A stretch of DNA of 63,990 nt, filler included, from Octopus bimaculoides (GCF_001194135.2; 5 parts of 4 records of this genome joined end to end with filler, not necessarily neighbours in it), one strand, 5' to 3'; positions 23,695-37,094 are shown, counted from the first letter of the whole stretch. Notes: generated from the letters alone by a model not told the origin. Numbers and translations are program-made.

Positions 23695-24300
23695 TGTTGT
23701 GGTAAGTAGCTTGCTTACCAACCACATGGTTCCGGGTTCAGTCTCACTGCGTGGCACCTTGGGCAAGTGTCTTCTACTATAGCCTCGGGCCGACCAAAGC
23801 CTTGCGAGTGGATTCGGTAGACGGAAACTGAAAGAAGCCTGTTGTATATATGTATGTGTGTGTATATGTTTGTGTGTCTGTGTTTGTCCCCCCCAACATC
23901 GTTTGACAACCGATGCTGGTGTGTTTACGTCCCCGTAACTTAGCGGTTCGGAAAAAGAGAACGATAGAATAAGTATTAGGCTTAGAAAGAATAANNNNNN
24001 NNNNCGACCAAAGCCTTGCGAGTGGATTCGGTAGACGGAAACTGAAAGAAGCCTGTTGTATATATGTATGTGTGTGTATATGTTTGTGTGTCTGTGTTTG
24101 TCCCCCCCAACATCGTTTGACAACCGATGCTGGTGTGTTTACGTCCCCGTAACTTAGCGGTTCGGAAAAAGAGAACGATAGAATAAGTATTAGGCTTAGA
24201 AAGAATAAGTCCTGGGGTCGATTTGCTCGACTAAAGGCGGTGCTCCAGCATGGCCGCAGTCAAATGACTGAAACAGGTAAAAGAGTAAAAGAATAAAGAG
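23695..24300 (+). mobile_element. SINE family A, full length (middle duplicated across a 10-N gap)
   Basis: Head to ...gcatggccgcagtcaaatgactgaaaca tail. Confidence 0.85.
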
Positions 24301-24358
24301 AATTAAAAGCAACAATGTTGACAACGGGTTTGTTGACTAATGTTGGATTCTTTGACAG

Positions 24359-24575
24359 AGCGCCGAACAACCTGCAGTCACCACACCCAACCCTGCCTCC
24401 TCTGCTGTGGATAACAATTTAGATGACGATGATATTTTCGATGACCTTGATGATGAGATGTTGTCTGGCGCCATTGGACCTGACATTCCTTCGGTAGATG
24501 CTGGAGAGCAGAGCGATAACGAGTTTACTGCTAAACTCAATCCTGAAGCCATATTTGATGATGACGCATTGAAAG
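24359..24575 (+). CDS. WDHD1: WDHD1 exon 11 (acidic linker): SAEQPAVTTPNPASSAVDNNLDDDDIFDDLDDEMLSGAIGPDIPSVDAGEQSDNEFTAKLNPEAIFDDDALK(D)
   Basis: Branch-like GACTAAT then ttgacag|, donor AAAG|GTAAGA, phase 1; D/E-rich as expected for the AND-1 linker. Confidence 0.85.
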
Positions 24576-24589
24576 GTAAGACGAACGTT

Positions 24590-25070
24590 GTCTTGTGTGC
24601 CTTTTCTTCACAATCTTCATTATTATGGTTCTTTGCTTCCGTCGTTTCCTGCCATTATCTTCATCACCACAACTGCCATCGTTGTTGTCATAAGTACCAC
24701 TATTATCAACATCTCCGCTATCATTATCAATACAATCATTATCGTCAGCAGCAAAGCCGTTATAATCTCCATCATCATCACCAATACCAGCATTGTTGTC
24801 ATAAGCACCGACAGCCTCACTGGTCGCCACTATCTTCATCTCTGCTACCATTGTCATCAGTGCCACCATCATCATCATCATCCTTATTGTCGTAATCATT
24901 ATCATTATCACTTGTACCATTGTTGTCATGAGAACTGCAATCACCACAACCTTTACTACCACCACCACCATTATTACCATCATCACCATCACCACTATCA
25001 TTGTCATCATCATCATCATTATTATCATCATCACTACCATGGACCCCGTCACTGCTAGCACCACTACTGC
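24590..25070. repeat. Degenerate (CAT/CAC)n trinucleotide tract
   Basis: Direct reading. Confidence 0.85.
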
Positions 25071-25343
25071 CTTGACCATCCAAAAGGATGAAAGGCAAAG
25101 TCGACCTTGGGGGAATACTAATAATTATCATTATTACTAACATTATTATTATTATTAATTGCGGTGAACTTCAGTAAAAATTTATTTGTTTTTTTACGCC
25201 TATTTCCATACTAGCATGGGTTAAACAAATATGCTATTGAAGCATTTGTTTTATTATGGCCAAATGCTCTTCCTGGTGCTAACCCATATCTGTTTTGCAA
25301 ATAAAGGATCTCTTATTCCACACAGCTTTGAAAGCACAAAAGG

Positions 25344-25375
<32 letters not shown>

Positions 25376-25384
25376 TTAATGTCT

Positions 25385-25968
25385 GTTCACCTTCCTGGCA
25401 CTTGTGCTGCAGCTTCGCGTTCCTGGCACTTTTGCCGGTGGCACATGACAAGTCATTCGAGTGAGATCGTTGTCAGTGCCGCTGGACTGGTTCCTGTGCA
25501 GGTGGTACGTAAGATACACCATTTTGAGCATGGCCGTTGCCAGTACCGCCAGACTGGCCCTCGTGCCGGTGGCACGTAAAAAGCACCCACTACACTCTTG
25601 GAGTGGTTGGTGTAAGGAAGGGCATCCAGCTGTAGAAACTTTGCCAGATCAGATTGGAGCCTGGTGCAGCCATCTGGTTTGCCAGTCCTCAGTCAAATCG
25701 TCCAACCCATGCTAGCATGGAAAGTGGACGTTAAACGATGATGATGAATAATCTTACAATAGGCACAAGGCCTGAAATTTGTAGGAGAGATGGAGTTGAT
25801 GTAATTAAGTCCAGTACATAACCGGTACTTATTTTCTCGACCCCACCAAAAGGATGAAAGGCAAAGTTGACCTCGGTGGAATTTGAATTCAGAACATAAA
25901 GATGGATGAAATGCCGCTAAGCATTATGCCCAGTGTGCTAATGAGTTTGCCAGTCCACTGCCTTAATA
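25385..25968. mobile_element. Family C element (+, 25385-25745) and family B SINE (-, 25765-25968)
   Basis: Family motifs. Confidence 0.8.
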
Positions 25969-26044
25969 ATAATAATAATATTAAGAGTTATATAAATATT
26001 CCTTGCGGAATTTATTGATCACTAATAACTTAATCGTCTTTTAG

Positions 26045-26196
26045 ATGGAGCTTCAAACATGTCCGATGGAGAAAGTACCACAACTGACCAACCTCTGAAA
26101 CCGACCGCTGCTGTTCCATATAACGAACCAAAAATACTTGTTCAAAAGCCTTTCCAACCTGGTTCTACACCTGACCATCTTTCTCAAAGATTTATG
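26045..26196 (+). CDS. WDHD1: WDHD1 exon 12: GASNMSDGESTTTDQPLKPTAAVPYNEPKILVQKPFQPGSTPDHLSQRFM
   Basis: Acceptor ttttag|, donor ATG|GTAAGT; QKPFQPGSTP..RFM marks the start of the SepB region. Confidence 0.93.
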
Positions 26197-26640
26197 GTAA
26201 GTTGTAGCCACGGTGAGATTGTGCATCAAATATGTAACATTTATTTGATGATAAACTGTCTAAAGCACAAATCTGTTACTTAAAATGTTCCCTACTGTAT
26301 TAGCTTAGTTGCTTACTGCTATACATGCATACATATATCTATATCTGTCTGTCTGTCTGTCTATGTATGTATGTATGTATATATATGTATGTATATGTAT
26401 GTATGTATATGTATGTATATATATATGTATATATATATATGTATGTATATATGTATATTTATGTATGTATGTATGTATATATATATATGTATGTATGTAT
26501 ATATATGTATATATGTATGTATGTATATATATATATATATGTATGTATATATATATATATATGTATATATATATGTATGTATGTATATATATATATATAT
26601 ATGTATGTATATATATATATATATGTATATATATATGTAT

Positions 26641-26740
26641 NNNNNNNNNNNNNNNNNNNNNNNNNNNNNNNNNNNNNNNNNNNNTTAATTAATTAANNNN
26701 NNNNNNNNNNNNNNNNNNNNNNNNNNNNNNNNNNNNNNNN
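26641..26740. other. Artificial scaffold linker
   Basis: 44 N + TTAATTAATTAA + 44 N. Confidence 0.95.
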
Positions 26741-26839
26741 TAAGGAAGAAGACAAGAAAACCACAGGGGAGATAACCAACGTTACATAAATTTGATGTGG
26801 AGCAGGTGTAAACAAGATGTTAATGGTTTACTAAGTATC

Positions 26840-27835
26840 TGGTGGTCTACTTTTAAATTATGACAAGATATATTTCTTGAAATGCAGACATTCAGAAAAA
26901 ATCTTGTTCACAGAATTTATGTATTTGTTGAAGGTTCTCAAGTTCTTCAAGAGATATAATCTTTCAAGAGAACATACTGAACATTTATTGGACCTATTAA
27001 TGTAGAGTCTGCTTTTCAAGAGCATTTCCGATTTGATGCCGAAACTGGTTCCCTTGTCTTTGTTTCCAGGTTAAAATCGAAAGGGTCATTGAATGTCTTT
27101 TATCTGAGACCCCCTTCGGTCATGACTGACCATGGGATTGCACCTAGAAAGTTACCCTCCGAGGCACAAGTCCAAGCAAGGTTGTTTATGGAAGACCAGC
27201 AGTCGCCCATTCATACCAGTCTCCTCTCTCCACGCCACCAGTGTTATCCAAGGGAAAGGCAATGGCCGATACAGCTCGGCACCAGGGATGTCGCAACTCA
27301 TTTCTACAGCTGAGTGAACTGGAGCAACGTGAAATGAAGTGTCTTGCTCAAGAACACAACAAGCAGCCCGGTCCGGTATTCGCACTCACAACCTCGCGAT
27401 CGTAAGCTCAACGCTCTAACCACTGAGCCATGCGCCTTCACATGTCTTTTATCTCAGTGCCTAAAATCTGAAAGATGGTTGTTATATCTGGATTTAAATA
27501 TCATGGCTCTGATATAATATTTGATCCATGTACAACCAATGCTGTAGTTTGCTGAAACCTGTGTTCCATAAACAATGTAAGATATATTGCACTTCTAGCC
27601 TAGAGGGCATTTAGATTTCTCTCTACATGTACATCCAGCACAGGTCTGGGTCATTTGTTTCTTATTAATATATGACTGAACATTAAGGAAACAAGAAAAA
27701 GCATGTGTGTCTGTTAAAGATTTTATTGTATCTATAAGTTCTAGGGAAGGTGATATCTACTAAGAGCAAGAATCTTCTATCTACATTTGTCCTTACATTA
27801 AGGGAGAAAGGTGGAGTGAACCATAAAACTTACTG
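26840..27835 (-). mobile_element. Penelope-like retroelement relic (end of RT-linker plus GIY-YIG endonuclease), interrupted by a SINE
   Basis: VLWFTPPFSLNVRTNVDRRFLLLVDITFPRTYRYNKIFNRHT ... CTCREKSKCPLG*KC...IVY ... FKSRYNNHLSDFRH*DKRH|SMTLSILTW ... KCSVCSLERLYLL...SECLHFKKYIL. Confidence 0.85.
27106..27441 (-). mobile_element. Full-length tRNA-headed SINE (family D) with 13-bp TSD
   Basis: TSD ATGTCTTTTATCT at 27093-27105 and 27442-27454; A box TGGCTCAGTGG. Confidence 0.9.
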
Positions 27836-27959
27836 AAGTTTTATGGCTACCCACTCAATAATATTCTTAACAGTGACTTTGAAGTTTCAGCCAGTTGAGC
27901 CATTGTCAGACTGCCAGTCTGACAAAGGCTTAGCTTTATTTTCTTTAACATGATTTTGT

Positions 27960-28348
27960 CATTAGACTGTGGCCATGCTGGGGTATCGCCTTGAAGAATT
28001 TTCAGTCAAATGCATCAGCCCCAGTACTTACATTTTTAAAGTCTCATACATCGGTGTCTTTTGCCAAACCGCTAAGTTACAGGGATGTAAACACACTAGC
28101 ACTGGTTGTCAAGCAGTGGTGGTAGACAAACACAGACACAATGACACACACACACACACACACATAAACATAGATATATATATACGTATATATGACATGC
28201 TTCTTTCAGTTCCCATCTACCAAATCCCCTCATAAGGCTTTGGTCAGCCTAAGGTTATAGCAGAAGACTCTTGCCCAAGGTGCCACACGGTGGGACTGAA
28301 CCTGGAACCATGTGGTTGGGAAGCAAACTTCTTAACACACAGTCATGC
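27960..28348 (-). mobile_element. SINE family A
   Basis: Family motifs. Confidence 0.8.
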
Positions 28349-28891
28349 ATATATATACAGTATGTATATATATATATATATAATTAATATATGAGTATAT
28401 GCATATATATGTACAANNNNNNNNNNNNNNNNNNNNNNNNNNNNNNNNNNNNNNNNNNNNNNNNNNNNNNNNNNNNNNNNNNNNNNNNNNNNNNNNNNNN
28501 NNNNNNNNNNNNNNNNATCACTCTTTCTTTGAGTGTGTGTATGTATATATATATATATATGTGTGTGTGTGTACCTCTATCTGTCTCTCTTATCTCTTAT
28601 TTCTCTCTATATACATAAATACATATATATATATATATGTGTATATATGTGTGTATTATTTGTATGTATATGTGTATATCTAGGTATACGTATGTATATA
28701 TGTGTATATGTATGTATATGTGTATATCTATATACATACATACACCTTATTGCCTTTCTAAACTTCTGTTTCAGCATTTATACCCATCTCTCTCTCTTAT
28801 ATATATGTGTGTGTATATATATGTGTGTGTGTATATACATGTATGTGTGTATATCTATATATATATATATGCATGTGTGTGTATATATATA

Positions 28892-28948
<57 letters not shown>

Positions 28949-28982
28949 ATGTATATTTATATATATATAAATGTATGTGCAT

Positions 28983-29016
<34 letters not shown>

Positions 29017-29624
29017 NNNNNNNNNNNNNNNNNNNNNNNNNNNNNNNNNNNNNNNNNNNNNNNNNNNNNNNNNNNNNNNNNNNNNNNNNNNNNNNNNNNN
29101 NNNNNNNNNNNNNNNNNNNNNNNNNNNNNNNNNNNNNNNNNNNNNNNNNNNNNNNNNNNNNNNNNNNNNNNNNNNNNNNNNNNNNNNNNNNNNNNNNNNN
29201 NNNNNNNNNNNNNNNNNNNNNNNNNNNNNNNNNNNNNNNNNNNNNNNNNNNNNNNNNNNNNNNNNNNNNNNNNNNNNNNNNNNNNNNNNNNNNNNNNNNN
29301 NNNNNNNNNNNNNNNNNNNNNNNNNNNNNNNNNNNNNNNNNNNNNNNNNNNNNNNNNNNNNNNNNNNNNNNNNNNNNNNNNNNNNNNNNNNNNNNNNNNN
29401 NNNNNNNNNNNNNNNNNNNNNNNNNNNNNNNNNNNNNNNNNNNNNNNNNNNNNNNNNNNNNNNNNNNNNNNNNNNNNNNNNNNNNNNNNNNNNNNNNNNN
29501 NNNNNNNTATATATATATACATATATATACATATGAAGACATATCTTCAAACATCCTCATATCTCTCTCCACCTTTGTATACCCTTTTGTTTCTCCCTCT
29601 CTGTCTGTCTCTCTCTCTCCCTCA

Positions 29625-29683
<59 letters not shown>

Positions 29684-31253
29684 TCTCTTAAAGTGGAAAT
29701 ATTTCTTCCAGCCTGTTAAAGATGGCTTTTAAGAAAATTCCTCAAAGACTTCCCCAGTAAATAATTTCCCGTGTTTCTTGCAACACACACACACACACAC
29801 ACATGCACACACACACACACACACATCCGTGCATGCACACCTGCATAGAAACTGTGACACACAGACAGACATATGCAGGGAAATGCACCCATACATATGT
29901 TCGCACACTCCGTTCACATATACATACATATACATACATGTACGCATTCAAAGAAACATGCATATAGACACACACACACACACACGCAACAAATATATAC
30001 ATGCACATACAGATATTGTGCATGTATGCATACACATGCAAGCACACATGTGCATACAGACATGTGCATATTCATACACACACACACACACGAATGCATA
30101 CACATACACATTCAAACATACACACACACTGAAATACACTCATACACACAAACCTCGCTCTCATGCGCACACACAAAACTCGCTCTCTCACACACACAAG
30201 CTCACTTACACACACACACACATACACAAACTCACTCTCTCACACAGACACACTGAAACTATCTCTCACATACACACACACACACACACACACATACACA
30301 CACACACATGCACAAACTCACTCTCTCACACACACCAACTCACTCATACACACACACTGAAACTATCTCTCACATACACACACACACACACACATGCACA
30401 AACTCACTCTCTCACACACACCAACTCACTCATACACACACACTGAAACTATCTCTCACANNNNNNNNNNNNNNNNNNNNNNNNNNNNNNNNNNNNNNNN
30501 NNNNNNNNNNNNNNNNNNNNNNNNNNNNNNNNNNNNNNNNNNNNNNNNNNNNNNNNNNNNNNNNNNNNNNNNNNNNNNNNNNNNNNNNNNNNNNNNNNNN
30601 NNNNNNNNNNNNNNNNNNNNNNNNNNNNNNNNNNNNNNNNNNNNNNNNNNNNNNNNNNNNNNNNNNNNNNNNNNNNNNNNNNNNNNNNNNNNNNNNNNNN
30701 NNNNNNNNNNNNNNNNNNNNNNNNNNNNNNNNNNNNNNNNNNNNNNNNNNNNNNNNNNNNNNNNNNNNNNNNNNNNNNNNNNNNNNNNNNNNNNNNNNNN
30801 NNNNNNNNNNNNNNNNNNNNNNNNNNNNNNNNNNNNNNNNNNNNNNNNNNNNNNNNNNNNNNNNNNNNNNNNNNNNNNNNNNNNNNNNNNNNNNNNNNNN
30901 NNNNNNNNNNNNNNNNNNNNNNNNNNNNNNNNNNNNNNNNNNNNNNNNNNNNNNNNNNNNNNNNNNNNNNNNNNNNNNNNNNNNNNNNNNNNNNNNNNNN
31001 NNNNNNNNNNNNNNNNNNNNNNNNNNNNNNNNNNNNNNNNNNNNNNNNNNNNNNNNNNNNNNNNNNNNNNNNNNNNNNNNNNNNNNNNNNNNNNNNNNNN
31101 NNNNNNNNNNNNNNNNNNNNNNNNNNNNNNNNNNNNNNNNNNNNNNNNNNNNNNNNNNNNNNNNNNNNNNNNNNNNNNNNNNNNNNNNNNNNNNNNNNNN
31201 NNNNNNNNNNNNNNNNNNNNNNNNNNNNNNNNNNNNNNNNNNNNNNNNNNNNN

Positions 31254-31520
31254 GTGGTGATGGTGGTGAAGGTTGTGGTGGTGGTGGTGGTGGTGGTGAT
31301 GGTGGTGGTGGTGGTGATGGTGGTGGTGGTGATGGAGGTGGTTGTGGCAGTGATAATGATGGGGATGGTGGTAGTGGTGGTGGCTGTAATGGTGGTGGTG
31401 ATGGTGTTGAAGATGATGATGGTGGGGCTGATGGTGATGGTAGCTGTGGTGTTGTTGATGATGGTGGTGGTGATGTTGAAAACGGTGGTGGCGTTGATGG
31501 TGGGATGGTGTTGGGTTGAG
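31254..31520. repeat. (GGT/GAT)n tract
   Basis: Direct reading. Confidence 0.85.
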
Positions 31521-31659
31521 GATGGGGAAGAAGAAAATGGTTGGCAGATAAGAAAAAGAAAGAAAGAAAGGATACTGATAGAAAAAGAACGAAAGAGAAA
31601 TGAAAGAAAGGAGAGGTGAATGAATGAATGAAAGGCAGGAAGGAGAGAAAGGAAAGAGG

Positions 31660-32500
31660 GAGGACTGGAAAGAATGAGATGAAGGAAAGATTAGAAGGAA
31701 AGAGAATGAATAAGAAGGAAAGAAGAAACTGGAAGGAAAGAGAATTAATGAGAAAAAGGATAGGAGAATTGGAAGGAATAGGATGAAGGAAAGAACAGAA
31801 GGAAAGGGAACGAATGAGAAGATGGAAAGAAAGGGAACTGAAAGAAAAAAGAATGAATGAAAAGAATGAAAGAAGTGTGATTGGAAGGAATGAGATGAAA
31901 GAAAAATAAGAAGGAAAGGGAATGAATGAGAAGGAGGAAAGAAAAGAAATTGGAAGGAATGAGATGAAGGAAAGATTTGAAAGAAACAGAATGAATGAGA
32001 AGAATGAAAGAAGGAGAACTAGAAGGAATGAGATGAAGGAAAGATTAGAAGAAAAGAGAATGAATGAGAAGGAAAGAAGGGAACTGGAAGGAAAGAAAAT
32101 GAATAAGAAGAAGGGAAGAAGGGGAGTTGGAAGGAATGAGATGAAAGAAAGATTGGAAGGAAAGAGAATGAATGAGAAGAATGAAAGAAATGGATTTGGA
32201 AGGAATGGGATGAAAGAAAGATTGGAAGGAAAGAGAATGAATGAGAAGAATGAAAGAAATGGATTTGGAAGGAATGAGATGAAAGAAAGATTGGAAGGAA
32301 AGAGAATGAATGAGAAGAATGAAAGAAATGGATTTGGAAGAAATGAGATGAAAGAAAGATTGGAAGGAAAGAGAATGAATGAGAAGAATGAAAGAAGGGG
32401 AATTGGAAGGAATGAGATGAAAGAAAGATTGGAAGGAAAGAGAATGAATGAGAAGAATGAAAGAAGGAGAACTTGAAGGAATGAGATGAAGGAAAGTTTG
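31660..32500. repeat. Purine-rich 69-bp minisatellite
   Basis: Unit TTGGAAGGAATGAGATGAAAGAAAGATTGGAAGGAAAGAGAATGAATGAGAAGAATGAAAGAAATGGAT; most homogeneous at about 32130-32480. Confidence 0.9.
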
Positions 32501-33629
32501 GACGGACAGAAAGGAAGGACTGGAAGGTCACCAAGTTCTACTAAAATCTGACATGGCACCGTCGATGNNNNNNNNNNNNNNNNNNNNNNNNNNNNNNNNN
32601 NNNNNNNNNNNNNNNNNNNNNNNNNNNNNNNNNNNNNNNNNNNNNNNNNNNNNNNNNNNNNNNNNNNNNNNNNNNNNNNNNNNNNNNNNNNNNNNNNNNN
32701 NNNNNNNNNNNNNNNNNNNNNNNNNNNNNNNNNNNNNNNNNNNNNNNNNNNNNNNNNNNNNNNNNNNNNNNNNNNNNNNNNNNNNNNNNNNNNNNNNNNN
32801 NNNNNNNNNNNNNNNNNNNNNNNNNNNNNNNNNNNNNNNNNNNNNNNNNNNNNNNNNNNNNNNNNNNNNNNNNNNNNNNNNNNNNNNNNNNNNNNNNNNN
32901 NNNNNNNNNNNNNNNNNNNNNNNNNNNNNNNNNNNNNNNNNNNNNNNNNNNNNNNNNNNNNNNNNNNNNNNNNNNNNNNNNNNNNNNNNNNNNNNNNNNN
33001 NNNNNNNNNNNNNNNNNNNNNNNNNNNNNNNNNNNNNNNNNNNNNNNNNNNNNNNNNNNNNNNNNNNNNNNNNNNNNNNNNNNNNNNNNNNNNNNNNNNN
33101 NNNNNNNNNNNNNNNNNNNNNNNNNNNNNNNNNNNNNNNNNNNNNNNNNNNNNNNNNNNNNNNNNNNNNNNNNNNNNNNNNNNNNNNNNNNNNNNNNNNN
33201 NNNNNNNNNNNNNNNNNNNNNNNNNNNNNNNNNNNNNNNNNNNNNNNNNNNNNNNNNNNNNNNNNNNNNNNNNNNNNNNNNNNNNNNNNNNNNNNNNNNN
33301 NNNNNNNNNNNNNNNNNNNNNNNNNNNNNNNNNNNNNNNNNNNNNNNNNNNNNNNNNNNNNNNNNNNNNNATATATATATATATATATATATATATACGA
33401 CAGGCTTCTTTCAGTTTCCATCTACCAAATCCACTCACAAGGCTTTGGTCAGCCCAAGGCTATAGTAGAAAACACTTGCCCAAGGTGCCATGCAGTGGGA
33501 CAGAACCTAGAAGTATGTGGTTGGTAAACAAGCTACTTACCACACAGCCACATCTTTCTCACGGAAACCCTAAAAGCCTTTTGCAGAAACCCTAGGGTTC
33601 TGGAGAAACCTGGTTGGGAAATGCTTCCC

Positions 33630-33760
33630 TACAGTATCAAATTTATAGCAGAACTTGAAGCAGTACAGTGGTGCTACACCAGGAAGATTGCATTAATGGA
33701 ACAGCTGGGATATGGAAAAAGACTGAAAGAATTACCACTCTACTCCCTGGAGTAAAGGTG
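33630..33760 (+). mobile_element. CR1/L2-like LINE 3' ORF2 fragment
   Basis: AELEAVQWCYTRKIALMEQLGYGKRLKELPLYSLE*R matches the LE.VQR..T...L..L.Y..RLK.L.L.SLE.RR motif. Confidence 0.75.
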
Positions 33761-34164
33761 ACTGGCTGGCCATGCTTCTGCCTTTGTTTCTATCATTTAT
33801 CTATGTATATAAACTCTATGGATACTATGAAATACCTGATGTATAATTATCCAGTAGCAAGAGTATTTCCACTATATGATGACATCAGGTAGCCAATACC
33901 TGTGGGCAAGCTTTGTGGTGCCCTGTAAAAGCTCCCAGCATAGTCAGTAAAGTGGTTGATGTTAGGCAGGGCATCCAGCCATAGAAACCATGACAGAAGA
34001 AACTAAGTCTGGTGCAGCTCACCGGCTTGCCACCTCTGGTCAAACTGGCCAGAATGGACAACAGACGTTAAATGATGACAAGGGTATATGTATGTATGTA
34101 TTTATGCATGTTTGGGTGCATGCATGTGTATATGTCTCAATTTATTTGCAGATGTTGTAGAACA

Positions 34165-34962
34165 CCATCACCACGAACCCTGTCCCCTCATCATCATCAA
34201 GACCGCTATTTCATCACAACCACTATCACCACCATTACCACTACTACCACCACCACCACCACCACCACGGACAACATCATCCACATCATCATCATCATCA
34301 TCATCATCAGGCTGTCATCGCCACACCACCACCACCACCACCATGGACAACATCATCCACATCAGGCTGTCATCACCACTTTCACCATAACCACCACCAC
34401 CTCCACCACCCTTACCACAACATCATCCACACCATCATCATCATCAAGCTGTCATCACTACCACCACCACCACCACCTCTACCACAACATCACCCACATC
34501 ATCAAGCTGTCACCACCACCACCACCACCACCACCTCTACCACAACATCACCCACATCATCATCATCATCAAGCTGTCACCACCACCACCCCTACCACAT
34601 CAACTACATCATCAAGCTGTCATCAAAACTTTGACCAATACCACCACCACTGCCGTGAACAACACTACTCACATCATCATCATCAAGACTGCCATTTCAC
34701 CACCATTACCACAACCACCAACACCATGGACAACATCATCATTATCATCATCATCATTATCAGGCTGTCATCACCACTTTCACCATTACCACCACCACCT
34801 CTACCACAACATCATCTACATCCTCATCATCATGAAGCTGTCATCACCACTTTCACCACCACCACCACCCCTACCACATCAACTACATTATCATCATCAT
34901 CAAGCTGTCATCAAAACTTTGACCAATACCACCACCACCACTGCCGTGAACAACACCACCTA

Positions 34963-34994
<32 letters not shown>

Positions 34995-35080
34995 AGTTGT
35001 CATCCTCATTTTCACCACCGGCACTACCATCACCATCACCACTGCCACCACCACCACCACCACCATTGCCACCAAAACCA
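34165..35080. repeat. Composite (CAC/CAT)n tract with higher-order internal duplication
   Basis: Block caagctgtcatcaaaactttgaccaataccaccacc..ctgccgtgaacaacac recurs about 290 bp apart. Confidence 0.8.
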
Positions 35081-35311
35081 TCATCCTTTCATGCTGAAAG
35101 GTATTTCTCAGTGTTTTTATGACCATTGGTTGGTCTTGGTTGTTGGCTGAATTTTATCTATTGTTGGATACAATATGTAAGGATGTAGATACCAGCAGAG
35201 AATATATATAAATATACACACACACGCAAATATATACACACAAACACACATGTATATATACACACACACACAAATATATACACACACAAACATATATATA
35301 TATATATTTGT

Positions 35312-35351
<40 letters not shown>

Positions 35352-35559
35352 ACAAATCTACATATATATGCATATATACATACATATATACATACATATA
35401 TATATATACATACATATATATATATATATATACATACATATATATATACATATATATATATATACATACATAGATATATACATACATATATATATACATA
35501 CATACATATACATACATACATATATATACATACATACATATACATACATACATACATAC

Positions 35560-35866
35560 ATCATCATCATCATCGTTTAACGTCCGCTTTCCATGCTAGC
35601 ATGGGTTGGACGATTTGACTGAGGACTGGTGAAACCGGATGGCAACACCAGGCTCCAGTCTGATTTGGCAGAGTTTCTACAGCTGGATGCCCTTCCTAAC
35701 GCCAACCACTCAGAGAGTGTAGTGGGTGCTTTTACGTGTCACCCGCACAAAAACGGCCACGCTCGAAATGGTGTCTTTTATGTGCCACCCGCACAAGCCA
35801 GTCCAGGGGCACTGGCAACGATCTCGCTCGAAAATCCTACAGGAGCCAGTCAGGCGGTACTGGCAT
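35560..35866 (-). mobile_element. Family C element
   Basis: Family motifs, (GAT)n tail. Confidence 0.85.
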
Positions 35867-36286
35867 ATATATACACATACATACATACATATATAAATGT
35901 TTTTATCCCTTAATTGAAATTTACGATAGGACTTCAAGTAAGGACCAATTCACATATACAGCCCCTGTTTTATGGTTTATGCAGTGATTTTTACCTGACC
36001 CTTTCTCTTGTATTTTGTGGGAATCTGTTTTAACAGAACATTTGCTTCCTACCATTTATATTGCTGGCACCAGTTTTAGGGGTTAGAAGGGGGTGCAACA
36101 AGGAAGGGTGGGGGTGTTATGGTGGGATGTCGTAATGATGCTTGTGTATATGTGTATGTGTGCATGTGCACATGTGTGTGTGTGTGTGTAAATACATCTG
36201 TAGATAGACATGTGTATATGTGTGTATATATCTATATATCTATGTATGTATATATATATGTGTGTGTGTATATATGTAAATATAAC

Positions 36287-36349
<63 letters not shown>

Positions 36350-36471
36350 CTATATGTCTATATATATATATACATACACACACACACATATATATATATA
36401 TGAATATGTATAAATATATATGTATTTGCATATGTATGCATACATACACACATATGCATACACACACACAC

Positions 36472-36515
<44 letters not shown>

Positions 36516-37094
36516 GTGTAAATATATATATATATATATTTATATATATTTATACACACACACACACACACACAAAGAAACTTTATCTGACCTAAGCAAG
36601 AATAAAAAAGATGTTAAAATGATAAATGTTGATAATGGAACACACCCACACATACATACATACCTGTATACCTGTATACATACACATACACGCACATAAA
36701 CATATATTCATGTATGTATGCATGTACGTATGTAAAGAGACAGAGAAAGTGAAAGTGAAACTAAAATTGCGCCAGATACACACACACACACATCCGCTGT
36801 CATATATATATGTCTCACTCTCTTTCCAAATGTGTCTCTGTAGTTGCACATATTCCTACCTCTTCCTTTCCCTTCCATACTTCTTCATACATCTGCACCT
36901 TTCTTATATCTTACATTGTACAGTCATACACTCGTTGCTTGTGTCTGTATGGACAACTCCATAAGCATCTACGAGCATGAAAATGTGAAAATTAGCCTTT
37001 GTACATCAGTGGACGGTGATCTCCATGTATATGTCTATTTTTGCATGTATGTATAAATATACATATATACTATATATGTAGATGTGTAAACAGA

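Larger units (their letters stand above)
8511..26196 (+). other. WDHD1: Partial gene model (12 coding exons, 433 codons): WD repeat and HMG-box DNA-binding protein 1 (AND-1/Ctf4), 3' part missing
   Basis: Exons of 80,112,152,109,98,46,93,107,79,54,217,152 nt join in frame with GT-AG boundaries. The translation matches AND-1 motifs I recognise (RYGH..GHTDVCYDDSG, SCGTDGDVRIW, GHEAPILSV, ASSSCDGS.RVW, QKPFQPGSTP..L..RFM). Confidence 0.95.

Noticed and set aside
23791-24207. Apparent ~200-bp tandem duplication inside a SINE
   Set aside because: Identical copies on both sides of a 10-N gap indicate unmerged contig overlap; the same pattern is seen near 38705-38750
24576-24895. Extension of the 24407..24895 ORF as a His/Tyr/Gln-rich tail of WDHD1
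   Set aside because: A consensus donor at 24576 in the correct phase joins exon 12; the extension is an intronic trinucleotide tract
30430-33438. 1002-aa ORF, and other long ORFs full of X
   Set aside because: Mostly N gaps plus low-complexity repeats that lack stop codons on one strand
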